Shown here: in pieces, positions 1 to 9,916 of the stretch
Position numbering within the stretch: position 1 is the stretch's first letter
Layout: every line of letters starts with the position of its first letter
Origin: Acidimicrobiia bacterium
GTDB taxonomy: Bacteria > Actinomycetota > Acidimicrobiia > Spongiisociales > ZC4RG35
Reading direction: 5' to 3'
NCBI GenBank assembly: GCA_965203555.1
Contig: CBDBCY010000004.1
Span: 1,312,001-1,376,000 of the forward strand
DNA: 64,000 nt
The notes under the pieces: generated by a model
Told to the model about the DNA's origin: nothing
What the model saw: only the letters and a program-made list of their open reading frames with translations
Databases searched by the model: none
Made by a program: the position numbers and the translations under genes

Positions 1-642
1 TTCACCGCCTTCACCGACCCTCCGTACCGGTCGGGCGACAACCTGTTGTTCCAGATCGGCAAGAGCGTCTACCGGGCGGTGGCAGGCTGGATCATCGGGG
101 TGGTGGTCGGAGTCGTATTCGGCGTGGTCGTCGAGTGGTGGAACAAGCCCGGGTCCGTGGCTACCTCGCTGCTCGAGTTCCTCCGACCCATCCCGGTCAT
201 CCTCTTCCTTCCCGTGCTGGTGCTGGTGGTCGGGATCGGGGACCTGTCCCGAATCATCGTGATCGCCTGGGCGTCGTTCATCTTCGTGGCGATCAACACC
301 ATCTTCGGCGTTCGCACCGCCAAGCAGTCGCTGCTGCCCGACGTGGTGAGAAGCTTCGGCGGCACCGAGACCCTGGTGCTGCGACGAGCCGTGATCGGCC
401 TGGCGGTCCCCCAGATCGTGGCCGGAGCGCGGCAGGCGGTCGGCGTGGCGCTGGTGCTGATGGTGGCGTCGGAGCTCATACTTTCCACCGACGGGCTCGG
501 CTGGTTCATCCTGTTCATGCGCCGCAGCCTGTTCCCCGCCGAGATGTACGGAGCGATACTGATGGTCGGCATCCTCGGCCTGGTCTTCGGCGCACTGTTC
601 CAACGCCTACAGAAAATCATCCTCCGCCCCTACATCGACTGA
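1..642 (+). CDS. ABC transporter permease, SsuC/TauC (nitrate/sulfonate) type; 5'-truncated by window edge
   Basis: Frame 1 is open from base 1. Hydrophobic helices plus LEFLRPIP, RSFGG (EAA-like loop) and LMVASEL..STDGLG motifs. Confidence 0.9.
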   Translation, partial: FTAFTDPPYRSGDNLLFQIGKSVYRAVAGWIIGVVVGVVFGVVVEWWNKPGSVATSLLEFLRPIPVILFLPVLVLVVGIGDLSRIIVIAWASFIFVAINTIFGVRTAKQSLLPDVVRSFGGTETLVLRRAVIGLAVPQIVAGARQAVGVALVLMVASELILSTDGLGWFILFMRRSLFPAEMYGAILMVGILGLVFGALFQRLQKIILRPYID

Positions 643-661
643 AAGAAACCAAGGAGAGAAC

Positions 662-1651
662 ATGATCAAGACCGGCATCGGCCTTTTGCAGAACACCCCC
701 CTTCCGGAGACTGTCCGGCTCACCAAGCGGGTGGAGGAACTCGGATACGACTCGGTGTGGTACGCCGAGCACAACTTCTCCCGCGACGGTGTCACCGCCT
801 GCGCGGCAGCCGCGGCGGTGACCGAGCGCATCACCATCGGCCCGAGCGTCTGCCCGATCTTCACTCGCAGCCCGCTGCTGATGGCCACCACCTTCGCCGC
901 CCTCGACGAACTCTCCGAAGGCCGCTTCGTTGCCGGTATCGGCGCCGGTTCCCGGGTGCTCATCAAGGCCCAGGGGATCAACTTCGTGAAGCCTCTCAAG
1001 GCGCTCCGCGAGTACGTGGAAGCCTGCCGGGCCGTGTGGAACGCCCACGGTACGCACTTCGACTACCACGGCGAGATGGTCCACCTCGACAACGCCGAAC
1101 TCGACTTCGAGCCCGTGCGCCGCGACCTGCCCGTATGGCTGGGACCGACCGGTCCGCTGGCCTGCCAGTTGACCGGTGAGATCGCCGAGGGAGCGTCGCT
1201 CAACGCCTTTCTGAGCACCGACTACGTCACCTGGGCACTGGAGCACCTCAACAAGGGCGCCGAGAGGGCAGGGCGCACGGTCGACGATGTAGAGGTCGGG
1301 ATGATGCTGGTGGCTTGCCTCGACGACTCGAAGGAAGCCGCCCGCGCCTACCTGCGTCCCCTTCTGGCTCTCTACCTGGCTCGCCTTCCCGACATCACCA
1401 GGCGGACCTCGGTGTGGGGAGAGGACGGCGCCGGATGGAGACAGTTGGTGGCCGCCGTGGACGAGGGGGGCGGCGAGGGCGGCCAGCACCTGATCAGCGA
1501 CGACGTCATCGACGATCTCACGCTCAACGGCACCCGGGACGACTGCCTCGAGGGCATGCAACGCTATGTCGATGCCGGGATCGATCACCCGATCATCACG
1601 GTGATCGGCGACATCGAACGCGGCATCGAGGAACTGGCGCCGCAGAGATAG
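662..1651 (+). CDS. LLM-class flavin/F420-dependent oxidoreductase (Mer-like)
   Basis: GYDSVWYAEH, R-P..A...A.LDELSEGRF..GIG motifs; AAGGAG SD at about 651-656. Confidence 0.9.
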   Translation: MIKTGIGLLQNTPLPETVRLTKRVEELGYDSVWYAEHNFSRDGVTACAAAAAVTERITIGPSVCPIFTRSPLLMATTFAALDELSEGRFVAGIGAGSRVLIKAQGINFVKPLKALREYVEACRAVWNAHGTHFDYHGEMVHLDNAELDFEPVRRDLPVWLGPTGPLACQLTGEIAEGASLNAFLSTDYVTWALEHLNKGAERAGRTVDDVEVGMMLVACLDDSKEAARAYLRPLLALYLARLPDITRRTSVWGEDGAGWRQLVAAVDEGGGEGGQHLISDDVIDDLTLNGTRDDCLEGMQRYVDAGIDHPIITVIGDIERGIEELAPQR

Positions 1652-1662
1652 AGGAGGACCAC

Positions 1663-2913
1663 ATGGGCACCACAGCAATCACCAATGCGTCGATCTTCGA
1701 CGGGACGGGTGCCGAACCCTACGGTCCGGCGGGCCTGATCATCGAGGACGACCGCATTACGGCCGTCGGCGCCGACGTGGAGGTTCCGGCAGGCGCCGAG
1801 GTGATCGACGCAGCCGGGGCTCATGTGCTGCCGGGCCTGATCGACGCCCACCTGCACCTGTTCGGCATCCCGGGGTACGACTTCGTGTCGTGGGCCATGG
1901 AGTCACCCATGCTCCATGCGATCCGGTCGGCGATCGAAGTCCAGGAGATACTGGGGGCCGGCTACACCCTCATCCGAGATTGCGGGAGCGACAACAGTCT
2001 CCAGGTGAAGAAGGCGATCGAGGAAGGAAAGGTCAACGGTCCCCGGATGCGGGCGGTGGGTCGGTTCATCGCCGAGACCGGCGGGATACCGGATCTGCCG
2101 TTCATCCGGCTGGAGTGGATGCAGGGACCCGAACCACCCGGGTTCGTCCGGTTGGCCGACGGCGTGGCCGAGGTGGCGAAGGCTGCCAGGGAGCAGATCC
2201 GCGGGGGCGCCACCGACATCAAGCTGGGCGTCACCGGCGGCATCGACCCTTCGTTCATTCGCGCCGAGTCGGCCTGGACCGGCGCCGAGATCGAAGCCGC
2301 CGCCCATGTTGCCCACAACGTGGGAGCTCTCCTCTCCTGTCACAGCAACACTCTCATCGGGGAGTCGTGCATCGGCATGCAACGGGCCATCAAGGCGGGC
2401 GCCGACTCGATCGAGCACGGGTACTGGATCGACAGCGAGACCCTGGAGATGATGGCGAGTCACGGCGTCACGTGGAATCCCAACATCGGGTACCTGGCGC
2501 GGGCGGTCGAACGCGCCGATGACCTCGACCTCAATCCGGTATACGTAGACCGCTGCAAGATGGCGCTTGACTCCTACGCCGACACCTTGCCCCGCGCCAA
2601 GTCGATCGGAGTGAAGCGGGCCATCGGGTCGGACTTCCTGGGCACGCCGGCCGACCCGCACGGTGAGGAGGCCTACGAACTGGAGGTGCAGACCCGGCTC
2701 GGCCTCTCGAACATGGATGCTCTGGTCACCACCACCAGGGGCAACGCCGAGTTCTTCCGGATCGACGATGACTTCGGGACGCTGGAGGAGGGCAAGGTCG
2801 CCGACCTGCTGATCATCGACGGCAACCCACTCGACGATGTCCGCATTCTCCAGGAACGTCATCGGATCAAGCGGGTCATGATCGGGGGTGAGACCCGCGT
2901 AGAGAGGCCATGA
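1663..2913 (+). CDS. Metal-dependent amidohydrolase (Xaa-Pro dipeptidase-like subgroup)
   Basis: PGLIDAHLH, IKL, SIEHG, IGSD and GKVADL motifs; GAGGAGG SD before ATG 1663 (ORF-track start 1315 is an over-extension). Confidence 0.9.
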   Translation: MGTTAITNASIFDGTGAEPYGPAGLIIEDDRITAVGADVEVPAGAEVIDAAGAHVLPGLIDAHLHLFGIPGYDFVSWAMESPMLHAIRSAIEVQEILGAGYTLIRDCGSDNSLQVKKAIEEGKVNGPRMRAVGRFIAETGGIPDLPFIRLEWMQGPEPPGFVRLADGVAEVAKAAREQIRGGATDIKLGVTGGIDPSFIRAESAWTGAEIEAAAHVAHNVGALLSCHSNTLIGESCIGMQRAIKAGADSIEHGYWIDSETLEMMASHGVTWNPNIGYLARAVERADDLDLNPVYVDRCKMALDSYADTLPRAKSIGVKRAIGSDFLGTPADPHGEEAYELEVQTRLGLSNMDALVTTTRGNAEFFRIDDDFGTLEEGKVADLLIIDGNPLDDVRILQERHRIKRVMIGGETRVERP

Positions 2914-3914
2914 CAACCCGATCCACACTGAGATTCGACGTCGGCCTGGACAACGGCCGGACGGTGGAGGAGATCATCGCCGTCGCCCGGGCGACGGAGC
3001 GGGGCGGGTTCGGGACCATCTGGATCGCAGAGCAACACTTCCACCGGGGAGTCTTCACCATCGCCGCGGCAGCCGCCGAGGCCACCTCCTCGGTCGGGAT
3101 CGGCTTCGGCGTTCTGAGCCCGTTCATCCGTCACCCGGCATCGGTGGCAATGGAGTTGTCTTCTCTCACCGAGCGATACGGCGACCGGTTCGCTCTTGGA
3201 TACGGGGTGGCGCACATCGGCTCGTCCCGGCTGGGAACCATCCCCTCCAACCAGGTCACCGGCCTGCGGGATGCCGCCACGGCCACCCGCGCTCTCCTCA
3301 GAGGGGAAACGGCCTACCAGGGGGCGCAACTGCACTCTCCCCCGCCACCCGTGCCGATCTACCTGGGGTCGATGGGTCCCCAGTCGCTCCGGATGTCGGC
3401 CGCCCACTACGACGGAGCGCTGTTGGGGGTGATGTGTTCTCCGACATTCATCGCGTCGCGCGCCGAACTGATCCACTCGGCGCTGGCCAAGACCGGGCGC
3501 TCGAAGGACGACTACTCGTTGGGCGCCCTGGTGCTCACCGCGGTGGCCGATGACCCCGCAGACGCCAGGGATGCGGTGCGGAGGTCGGTGGCGTACTACC
3601 TGGCGGAGATCCCCGACGTCTCCCCCCGCCTGGTGGGGACCGATGTTTCCCGTGACGACCTTCTGTCGGTCCGCGCCCGGATCCTGGAGGCGAAGGCGAC
3701 CCACGGCCCCGAGGGGGCTGCCGCGGTCCTCACAGATGACCTGGTGGACCTCCTGGCGGTAGCCGGCACTCCCGGCGATGTGGCCGAACGCCTGTCCCGG
3801 CTGGGGGATGCGGGCCTTGACAGGGTCGTGGCTCACCACGCGCTCGACGCCGACGCGGTGGTGGCGCTCGGCTCCGCCCTCGCCGCCCGCGCCACGGCGA
3901 TGGCCGATGGTTGA
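2910..3914 (+). CDS. LLM-class flavin/F420-dependent oxidoreductase
   Basis: GFGTIWIAEQH, RHPASVAME, PIYLGSMGP; ATGA overlap with the upstream gene. Confidence 0.88.
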   Translation: MTTRSTLRFDVGLDNGRTVEEIIAVARATERGGFGTIWIAEQHFHRGVFTIAAAAAEATSSVGIGFGVLSPFIRHPASVAMELSSLTERYGDRFALGYGVAHIGSSRLGTIPSNQVTGLRDAATATRALLRGETAYQGAQLHSPPPPVPIYLGSMGPQSLRMSAAHYDGALLGVMCSPTFIASRAELIHSALAKTGRSKDDYSLGALVLTAVADDPADARDAVRRSVAYYLAEIPDVSPRLVGTDVSRDDLLSVRARILEAKATHGPEGAAAVLTDDLVDLLAVAGTPGDVAERLSRLGDAGLDRVVAHHALDADAVVALGSALAARATAMADG

Positions 3915-5241
3915 ACTCGGCGCGCCGATCGAAGGCCAGGCGCCCGCCGAGATCCGGGCGATCCAGAGCGAGCGCCTGGCCGCACAGTGGTCCTACCTGT
4001 GGGCAAAGTCGCCCTTCTACCGGGAAAAGCTGGCCGCCGCAGGTCTCGGCCCCGGCTCGGTGAGGCGCGTCGAGGACCTGGCGGCAGTCCCCTTCACGGT
4101 GAAGGATGAGATTCGCAGGTCCCTGGCGGCGAGGCCGCCGCTGGGAAACCACCTCGCCGCCGACCCGCGGGACATCGTCCAATTCCAGGCGTCCACGGGG
4201 ACGACCGGACGACCGTCCTATGTCGGGCTCACCGCCCACGACCGGGCCAACTGGGCCGAGATCACCCGCCGGACATTCTGGTCCCATGGCTTCCGCCCCG
4301 CCGACCGGGTCCTGCAGGCATTGGGGATGTCGCGCTGCTGGGTGGGCGGGGTGCCGGTCATCCAGGGTCTCGAAGCCCTGGGGGCGGCGTGCATCCCGGC
4401 GGGCGCCGAGCCGGGGACCACGTGGTTGCTCCACACCATCGCCGACCTGAGTCCCAACGGGTTGGTCGCCACCCCGAACTTCGCGGTTTACCTGGGCAAC
4501 CAGGCCAGGGAGGTGTTGGGCGTCGACGCCCGGGAACTGTCGATCGAGCGGATCTACGTGGGCGGTGAACCCGGGGGCGGCATCCCGGAGTTCCGCCGGC
4601 ATGCAGAGGAGCTTTGGGGAGCGAAGATGCATGAGGTGATGGGCGGCACCGACCTCTCACCCGTCCTGTGGGCGGAATGCCAGGACCAGAGCGGCATGCA
4701 CTTCGTCGCCCACGAATTCGTGTACTGGGAGTTGGTGAACCCGGCCGGCGAACCGGTGGAAATCGAGACCGGAGCGACCGGAGAGTTGGTGTACTCCCAT
4801 CTCGACCGGGAGGCCACTCCGGTGCTGAGATTCCGGCACAGCGACATCGTCGAGATCCTCGACACCGAGTGCTGCTGCGGGCGGACCACCCCCAAGATCC
4901 GCTGTTTCGGGCGCACCGACGACCTGATGATCATCAAGGGGGTCAACTTCTTCCCCACCGCCCTCCAGGACATCGTCCTGGGCTTCCGACCCGCCACGAC
5001 CGGCTCGGTCCGGATCCTCAAGCACGAGCCCGAGTACGCCTGGCCCGGCCCCCTCCACGTCCGGGTGGAACGGGGCGAAGGGCGTTCTCCCGATGATGAC
5101 GACGAGTTACGTTCCAGGCTGGCCCGGGCAATCTCCGACATGTGCAGGGTCCGCGCAGAGGTCGAGGTCGTATCCTTTGGCACATATCCATCACCCGGAC
5201 GCAAAAAGGTCCGGATCATCGAAAAGGTGTACGAGACATGA
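3907..5241 (+). CDS. Phenylacetate-CoA ligase (PaaK)-family adenylate-forming enzyme
   Basis: ASTGTTGRP P-loop, VPFTVKD, GGEPGG, GRTDDLMIIKGVNFFP. Confidence 0.88.
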   Translation: MVELGAPIEGQAPAEIRAIQSERLAAQWSYLWAKSPFYREKLAAAGLGPGSVRRVEDLAAVPFTVKDEIRRSLAARPPLGNHLAADPRDIVQFQASTGTTGRPSYVGLTAHDRANWAEITRRTFWSHGFRPADRVLQALGMSRCWVGGVPVIQGLEALGAACIPAGAEPGTTWLLHTIADLSPNGLVATPNFAVYLGNQAREVLGVDARELSIERIYVGGEPGGGIPEFRRHAEELWGAKMHEVMGGTDLSPVLWAECQDQSGMHFVAHEFVYWELVNPAGEPVEIETGATGELVYSHLDREATPVLRFRHSDIVEILDTECCCGRTTPKIRCFGRTDDLMIIKGVNFFPTALQDIVLGFRPATTGSVRILKHEPEYAWPGPLHVRVERGEGRSPDDDDELRSRLARAISDMCRVRAEVEVVSFGTYPSPGRKKVRIIEKVYET

Positions 5242-6620
5242 CGTCACTAACGGTCAAAGATGCCACCTTGGTCAGCCCGGCCGGCCGGACCAGGGCCACC
5301 GTCCATTGCAGCGAAGGAGTCATCCAGGCTCTCCTTCCCCCGGGCGACGCTCCCTCTGCCGACCGCATCATCGACGCCAAGGGCGCCTTCGTCATTCCCG
5401 GCGCCATCGATGCGCACGTGCATCTGGGGGTGATCCTGCCGTTTGCGGACTCCTGCCGGCAAGAGAGCGCCGCGGCCGTGACCGGGGGCGTGACAACCAT
5501 GTGGCATTACCTTCTGTCGCCCGGTTCCTTCAAGGACACTCACTCCCAACATGTCGACGACATCGAGCAACACAGCATCGTCGACCAGGGCTTTCACGGC
5601 CTGGTCACCAACGCCCAGCAGGTCTGGGAGATCCCTGAGACCGTCGACGAACTGCGCCTCACTTCCTACAAGTTCCACATGGCGATGAAGGGACCCGAGG
5701 CCGGATACGGGATCGTGGGACTCGACGACGGGCTGATCTACGAGGGGATGCGCCAGGTGGCCTCCCGCCCCGGCGTCATGGCGCTGATCCACGCCGAGAA
5801 CATCGACGTGATCCTCCACAACCGGGAACTCGGCATCGCAGCCGACCCGGACGCCACCGACACCGCCACGTGGAGCAATCACCGCCCGCACTTCACCGAA
5901 GAGGAGGCGATCATCCGCTCGTGCATCTTCGCCGAGAACGCCGGGGCGCCGCTCTGTGTGATCCACACCAGCGTCGGACGGGGACCGGAACTCATCCGCG
6001 CCGCGCGGGACCGCTACCCGCCTCTCTACATGGAGACCTGCCCCCAGTACCTGGTGCTGGACATGGACATGCCGCTGGGCACCTGGGGGAAGGTCAACCC
6101 GCCGCTTCGGACCAAGACCGACCAGGAACTGCTGTGGGCGGGCCTGGCCGACGGGAGCATCGACTGGATGGGATCCGACCACTGCGACTACGACCTGCCG
6201 ACCCGCCAGGGCAACATCTGGGACGTCGGTCCCGGCCTTCCCGGCGGCATGACCATGATCCTCCCCGTCCTGCTGTCCGAGGGCGTCAACCAGGGTCGGC
6301 TGACGCTGGAGCAGGTCGTCGAACTGACGTCGGCCAACTTCGCCCGTCTCATCGGAGCGTCGCCGCGCAAGGGGACGATCGCAGTCGGCAGTGACGCCGA
6401 CCTGGTGATGATCGACCTCGAGAAGGAGGTCACCATCGATGCGGACAGGCTCAATGGGCACTCGGACTACACACCGTACGAGGGCATGGTGATGCGGGGT
6501 TGGCCGCGGATGACCATCGCCGGAGGCCATGTGCTGTACGAGGACGGCGAGGTCGACCGCGGAACGACCCACCGCGGAACGCTCGTCACCATACCCCCGG
6601 ACAAGATGCCGGTGCATTAG
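5238..6620 (+). CDS. Cyclic amidohydrolase (dihydropyrimidinase/hydantoinase/allantoinase family)
   Basis: PGAIDAHVH, SYK (carbamylated Lys), HAEN, ETCPQYL, KVNPPLR, GSDH, KGTIAVGSDADLV; ATGA overlap. Confidence 0.9.
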   Translation: MTSLTVKDATLVSPAGRTRATVHCSEGVIQALLPPGDAPSADRIIDAKGAFVIPGAIDAHVHLGVILPFADSCRQESAAAVTGGVTTMWHYLLSPGSFKDTHSQHVDDIEQHSIVDQGFHGLVTNAQQVWEIPETVDELRLTSYKFHMAMKGPEAGYGIVGLDDGLIYEGMRQVASRPGVMALIHAENIDVILHNRELGIAADPDATDTATWSNHRPHFTEEEAIIRSCIFAENAGAPLCVIHTSVGRGPELIRAARDRYPPLYMETCPQYLVLDMDMPLGTWGKVNPPLRTKTDQELLWAGLADGSIDWMGSDHCDYDLPTRQGNIWDVGPGLPGGMTMILPVLLSEGVNQGRLTLEQVVELTSANFARLIGASPRKGTIAVGSDADLVMIDLEKEVTIDADRLNGHSDYTPYEGMVMRGWPRMTIAGGHVLYEDGEVDRGTTHRGTLVTIPPDKMPVH

Positions 6621-7390
6621 TGGCCGCTCACCGGATTCTCGTCCTGCCCACCGGCACTTGCTACATGGCCGAGTTCCGGACAAAACTCGGCGGGTCGAAT
6701 AGAGAAGTCGGGGTGCCGCTTCCCATGTTCGCTATCTATACCGACGATGGCTGGGTGGTGTTCGACACCGGATGCGACCCGGAGGCAGCCACCGATCCGG
6801 TGGGGACGTGGGGACGGTTGGCGAAGGCGTTCCGACTCGAGATGTCAGACGCCGACCACCCGTTGGCGCGCCTGGAGGAGGCCGGTATCGCGATCGCCGA
6901 CGTAACACACGTAGTCGTGTCGCATCTGCACATGGATCATGCCGGCGGTATCCGCTTCTTCCCCGACGCCACCGTGCATATGCAACTGGCCGAACGCAGG
7001 TGGGCCCAGTTCCCGGACCGGTTCGGAGCGCCCGGATTCATCAGCAAGGACTTTGACAGGCCCGAGATCACCTATCGGTACCACGAAGGCGACGCCCAGA
7101 TCGTTCCGGGCGTTCATGTCGTACTCACCGACGGCCACACGCCGGGGCACCAATCGCTGGTGGTCGACCTGCCGTCGGGGCGGTTCGTGCTCACCGGCGA
7201 TGCGGCCTACCGGCGGGACAACATCGACCGCCGACTCCCGCCGCCAACCACAACCGACGAGTTTGCAGCCATCCGGTCCCTCGCCCGGCTGAAGGGCTTT
7301 GAAGACCGCGACGGCGCAACCATCCTGGTGGCGCATGACATCGAGCAGTGGAAGACCACGGTCAAGTCACCTGACGGCTACTACGAATAG
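6620..7390 (+). CDS. Metallo-beta-lactamase-fold hydrolase, N-acyl homoserine lactonase (AiiA/AttM-like) family
   Basis: SHLHMDHAGG, GHTPGHQS and TGDAAY motifs; GTG overlaps the upstream TAG. Confidence 0.87.
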   Translation: MAAHRILVLPTGTCYMAEFRTKLGGSNREVGVPLPMFAIYTDDGWVVFDTGCDPEAATDPVGTWGRLAKAFRLEMSDADHPLARLEEAGIAIADVTHVVVSHLHMDHAGGIRFFPDATVHMQLAERRWAQFPDRFGAPGFISKDFDRPEITYRYHEGDAQIVPGVHVVLTDGHTPGHQSLVVDLPSGRFVLTGDAAYRRDNIDRRLPPPTTTDEFAAIRSLARLKGFEDRDGATILVAHDIEQWKTTVKSPDGYYE

Positions 7391-7400
7391 GGGAACACCC

Positions 7401-7763
7401 ATGGCAAGCTTCACCGATTGGAATCAACAGGACGGGTTCGAGGCCTTCCCGGGCGATTTCGTGTGGAACGTCACGGGAGAGGACGTCCAGGTCATCCGTG
7501 CCGAGATCGCGCCGGGAACCGACTTCGGCCTCCACTCCCATCACCAGGAGCAGATCATCTGCGTGTTGGCGGGACAACTGGAGTTCACGGTCGGCGGCGA
7601 GACGCGGATCGTCGGACCCGGCCAGGTAATCCACGCTCCGTCCGGCGTAGAGCACGGCGGGCGGGCGGTGTCGGACGATCCGGTCGTGACCCTCGAGGCC
7701 TTCTCCCCTCCCCGGGTCAACTTCAGCCAGAACCAGGCGATGGTATTCGAGGACCCGGTATGA
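7401..7763 (+). CDS. Cupin_2 domain protein
   Basis: HSHHQEQ...G.L and P.GVEHG metal-binding cupin motifs. Confidence 0.87.
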   Translation: MASFTDWNQQDGFEAFPGDFVWNVTGEDVQVIRAEIAPGTDFGLHSHHQEQIICVLAGQLEFTVGGETRIVGPGQVIHAPSGVEHGGRAVSDDPVVTLEAFSPPRVNFSQNQAMVFEDPV

Positions 7764-8551
7764 CCCGAGGGCTCAGCGGCCGCAAAGCCCTGGTCACAGG
7801 TGGAAGCGCGGGCATCGGTCTAGCCACGGCCAATCGGCTCGCCTCCGAAGGCGTCCATCTGGCGCTGGTGGCCCGAACCGAATCCCGCCTGTCCGAAGCC
7901 TGCGCCCACCTCGCCGGGGCGCACGAGGTCGAGGTGATCCCGATCGCCGCCGATCTCTCACGACCGGATGCCCCGCAGCGGGCGGTTGCCCGGGCGGCCG
8001 ACACCCTGGGCGGGATCGACATCCTGGTCAACAATGCGGGTTCTTCTCCGTTCGGCACCCTGGAAGCGGTCAGCGACAGTGACTGGTCGTCCTCGATCGA
8101 CCTGAAGCTGATGGGGTACGTGAGGTGCACACGAGCCGTATTCGGAATCATGAAGGAGGGTGGGGGCGGTGTGATCGTCAACGTGGTCGGCATGGCCGGG
8201 CGCTCGGCCTCCCCCGCCTACGTGCTCGGCTCGCTGAACGCCGCCCTCCTCCACTTCACCAAGTCGGTAGCTGAGCTTGGCGGACCCCACGGCATCCGGG
8301 TGATGGCGGTGAATCCCGGCCTCACCACCACCGATCGCATGGAAGAGGCCATCGAGGTCTGGGCCGCCGACGCCGGGATGACCGACGAGGCCTTCCGGGC
8401 CGCCTACCTGGAGGACAGGGTTCCCCTCGGTCGCTTCACCACACCCGAGGATGTCGCCGAGGCGATCGCCTACCTGTGCTCGGACGCCGCCGCACCGGCC
8501 ACCGGCTCGGCAATCCAGTTGGACGGCGCCTCCCCTCCCGGCGTGTTCTGA
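7760..8551 (+). CDS. SDR-family NAD(P)-dependent oxidoreductase (atypical active site)
   Basis: TGGSAGIG, DILVNNAG, VNPG; YVLGSLN replaces the usual YxxxK. Confidence 0.88.
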   Translation: MTRGLSGRKALVTGGSAGIGLATANRLASEGVHLALVARTESRLSEACAHLAGAHEVEVIPIAADLSRPDAPQRAVARAADTLGGIDILVNNAGSSPFGTLEAVSDSDWSSSIDLKLMGYVRCTRAVFGIMKEGGGGVIVNVVGMAGRSASPAYVLGSLNAALLHFTKSVAELGGPHGIRVMAVNPGLTTTDRMEEAIEVWAADAGMTDEAFRAAYLEDRVPLGRFTTPEDVAEAIAYLCSDAAAPATGSAIQLDGASPPGVF

Positions 8552-8693
8552 CCCTGCAACGAAGTCCCGGCTTCAGCTGAGGTGGTCCATAATGGTGCGC
8601 ACACATCCCGACCATCGCGTTGGTAGCCTTACCCGACAGGAGAGCCAGACACGTCACGCAATGCATCGGGGACAACCATCAAGTGGAGTGACC

Positions 8694-9893
8694 ATGGAAG
8701 GAAAGCGGTTCCTCCGAACAATACGCCTGCAAGGCATTCTCTCCTATGGGCCACAGGCCGCAGAACTGGCATTGGAACCGCTGAACGTTCTGATCGGTCC
8801 GAACGGCTCAGGCAAATCGAACCTCATCAACGTCCTGTCGATTCTGAAGGGTGTGCCTCGCAACCTGCCGGAGACCATCCGTAGAGGAGGAGGCACCAGG
8901 GAATGGCTCTGGAAGGGACGGGACCGGCTTGGTGCCGCCTCCGTGGAGATCACGGTAGACAACCCGACCGGGATCATGCCGCTGAAGTATCGGCTTTCCT
9001 TCACGGAGGTGCGGAACCGATTTGAACTCTGTGACGAATCACTCGAGGATGAAAAACCACAGCCCGGCAGAGACGGGCCCTTCTTCTACTACAGGTACCA
9101 ACGAGGCGATCCTGTCATCAACATTGCATCGTCACCTGGCAGAAGCGGTGTCAAACGTCGGCTCGAGCGGGAGCAAGTGCATCCGGAGGAGTCAATCCTT
9201 TCACAGCGCCGTGATCCCGATTCGTATCCGGAGTTGACCTATCTCGCCGCACAGATCGAGCGGATAGGTATCTATCGTGAATGGAATCTGGGACCCGACA
9301 CTCCGTTTCGCCTGCCGCAGAGCGCTGAGCTTCCACAGGGCGCCCTTCTTGAGAACGGCGCCAATCTTGGCTTGATATTGAACAACCTGATGGATCAGCC
9401 TCCGATCAAACGCCGGGTAATGCGACACCTGCATGCCTTTTATCCTGACATCGAAGACCTGGCCACGGCCATTGACGGCCGCACAGTGGAGGTCTCTCTC
9501 CATGAAAAAGGCCTTCGCCATCCTATTCCTGCAGTTCGACTCTCGGATGGCTGTCTCCGATATCTCAGCTTGCTCGCCGTGCTTTGCCACCCCGAACCCC
9601 ACTTGATAACTTGTATCGAAGAACCAGAATTGGGTCTTCATCCCGACATCATCCCTGACATTGCAGATTTGATGGTTGCGGCGTCGAAACGCACTCAACT
9701 GGTCGTCACCACGCACTCCGACATACTCATTGATGCCCTGACGGACGTTCCCGACTCCGTCATCGTTTGTGAAAAACGGGAGGGAGCGACACGTCTCCGT
9801 CGGTTGGAGAGAGAAGACCTCACACCCTGGCTCAAGAGACACAGACTCGGAGAACTGTGGTCGAAGGGTGAAATCGGCGGCAACAGGTGGTGA
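8694..9893 (+). CDS. AAA_21/ABC-type (SMC-like) ATPase of the kind normally paired with a DUF4276/RloB-like partner
   Basis: Walker A GPNGSGKS, signature LSDG, Walker B IEEPELGLHP, TTHS, C-terminal LGELWSKGEIGG; lower GC than flanks. Confidence 0.85.
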   Translation: MEGKRFLRTIRLQGILSYGPQAAELALEPLNVLIGPNGSGKSNLINVLSILKGVPRNLPETIRRGGGTREWLWKGRDRLGAASVEITVDNPTGIMPLKYRLSFTEVRNRFELCDESLEDEKPQPGRDGPFFYYRYQRGDPVINIASSPGRSGVKRRLEREQVHPEESILSQRRDPDSYPELTYLAAQIERIGIYREWNLGPDTPFRLPQSAELPQGALLENGANLGLILNNLMDQPPIKRRVMRHLHAFYPDIEDLATAIDGRTVEVSLHEKGLRHPIPAVRLSDGCLRYLSLLAVLCHPEPHLITCIEEPELGLHPDIIPDIADLMVAASKRTQLVVTTHSDILIDALTDVPDSVIVCEKREGATRLRRLEREDLTPWLKRHRLGELWSKGEIGGNRW

Positions 9894-9916
9894 GGACAAT
9901 GGTGTATGGTGATCGC

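Noticed and set aside
6620-7390. Dedicated quorum-quenching system
   Set aside because: The lactonase is translationally coupled inside a catabolic operon with no luxI/luxR; the family has many non-AHL substrates.
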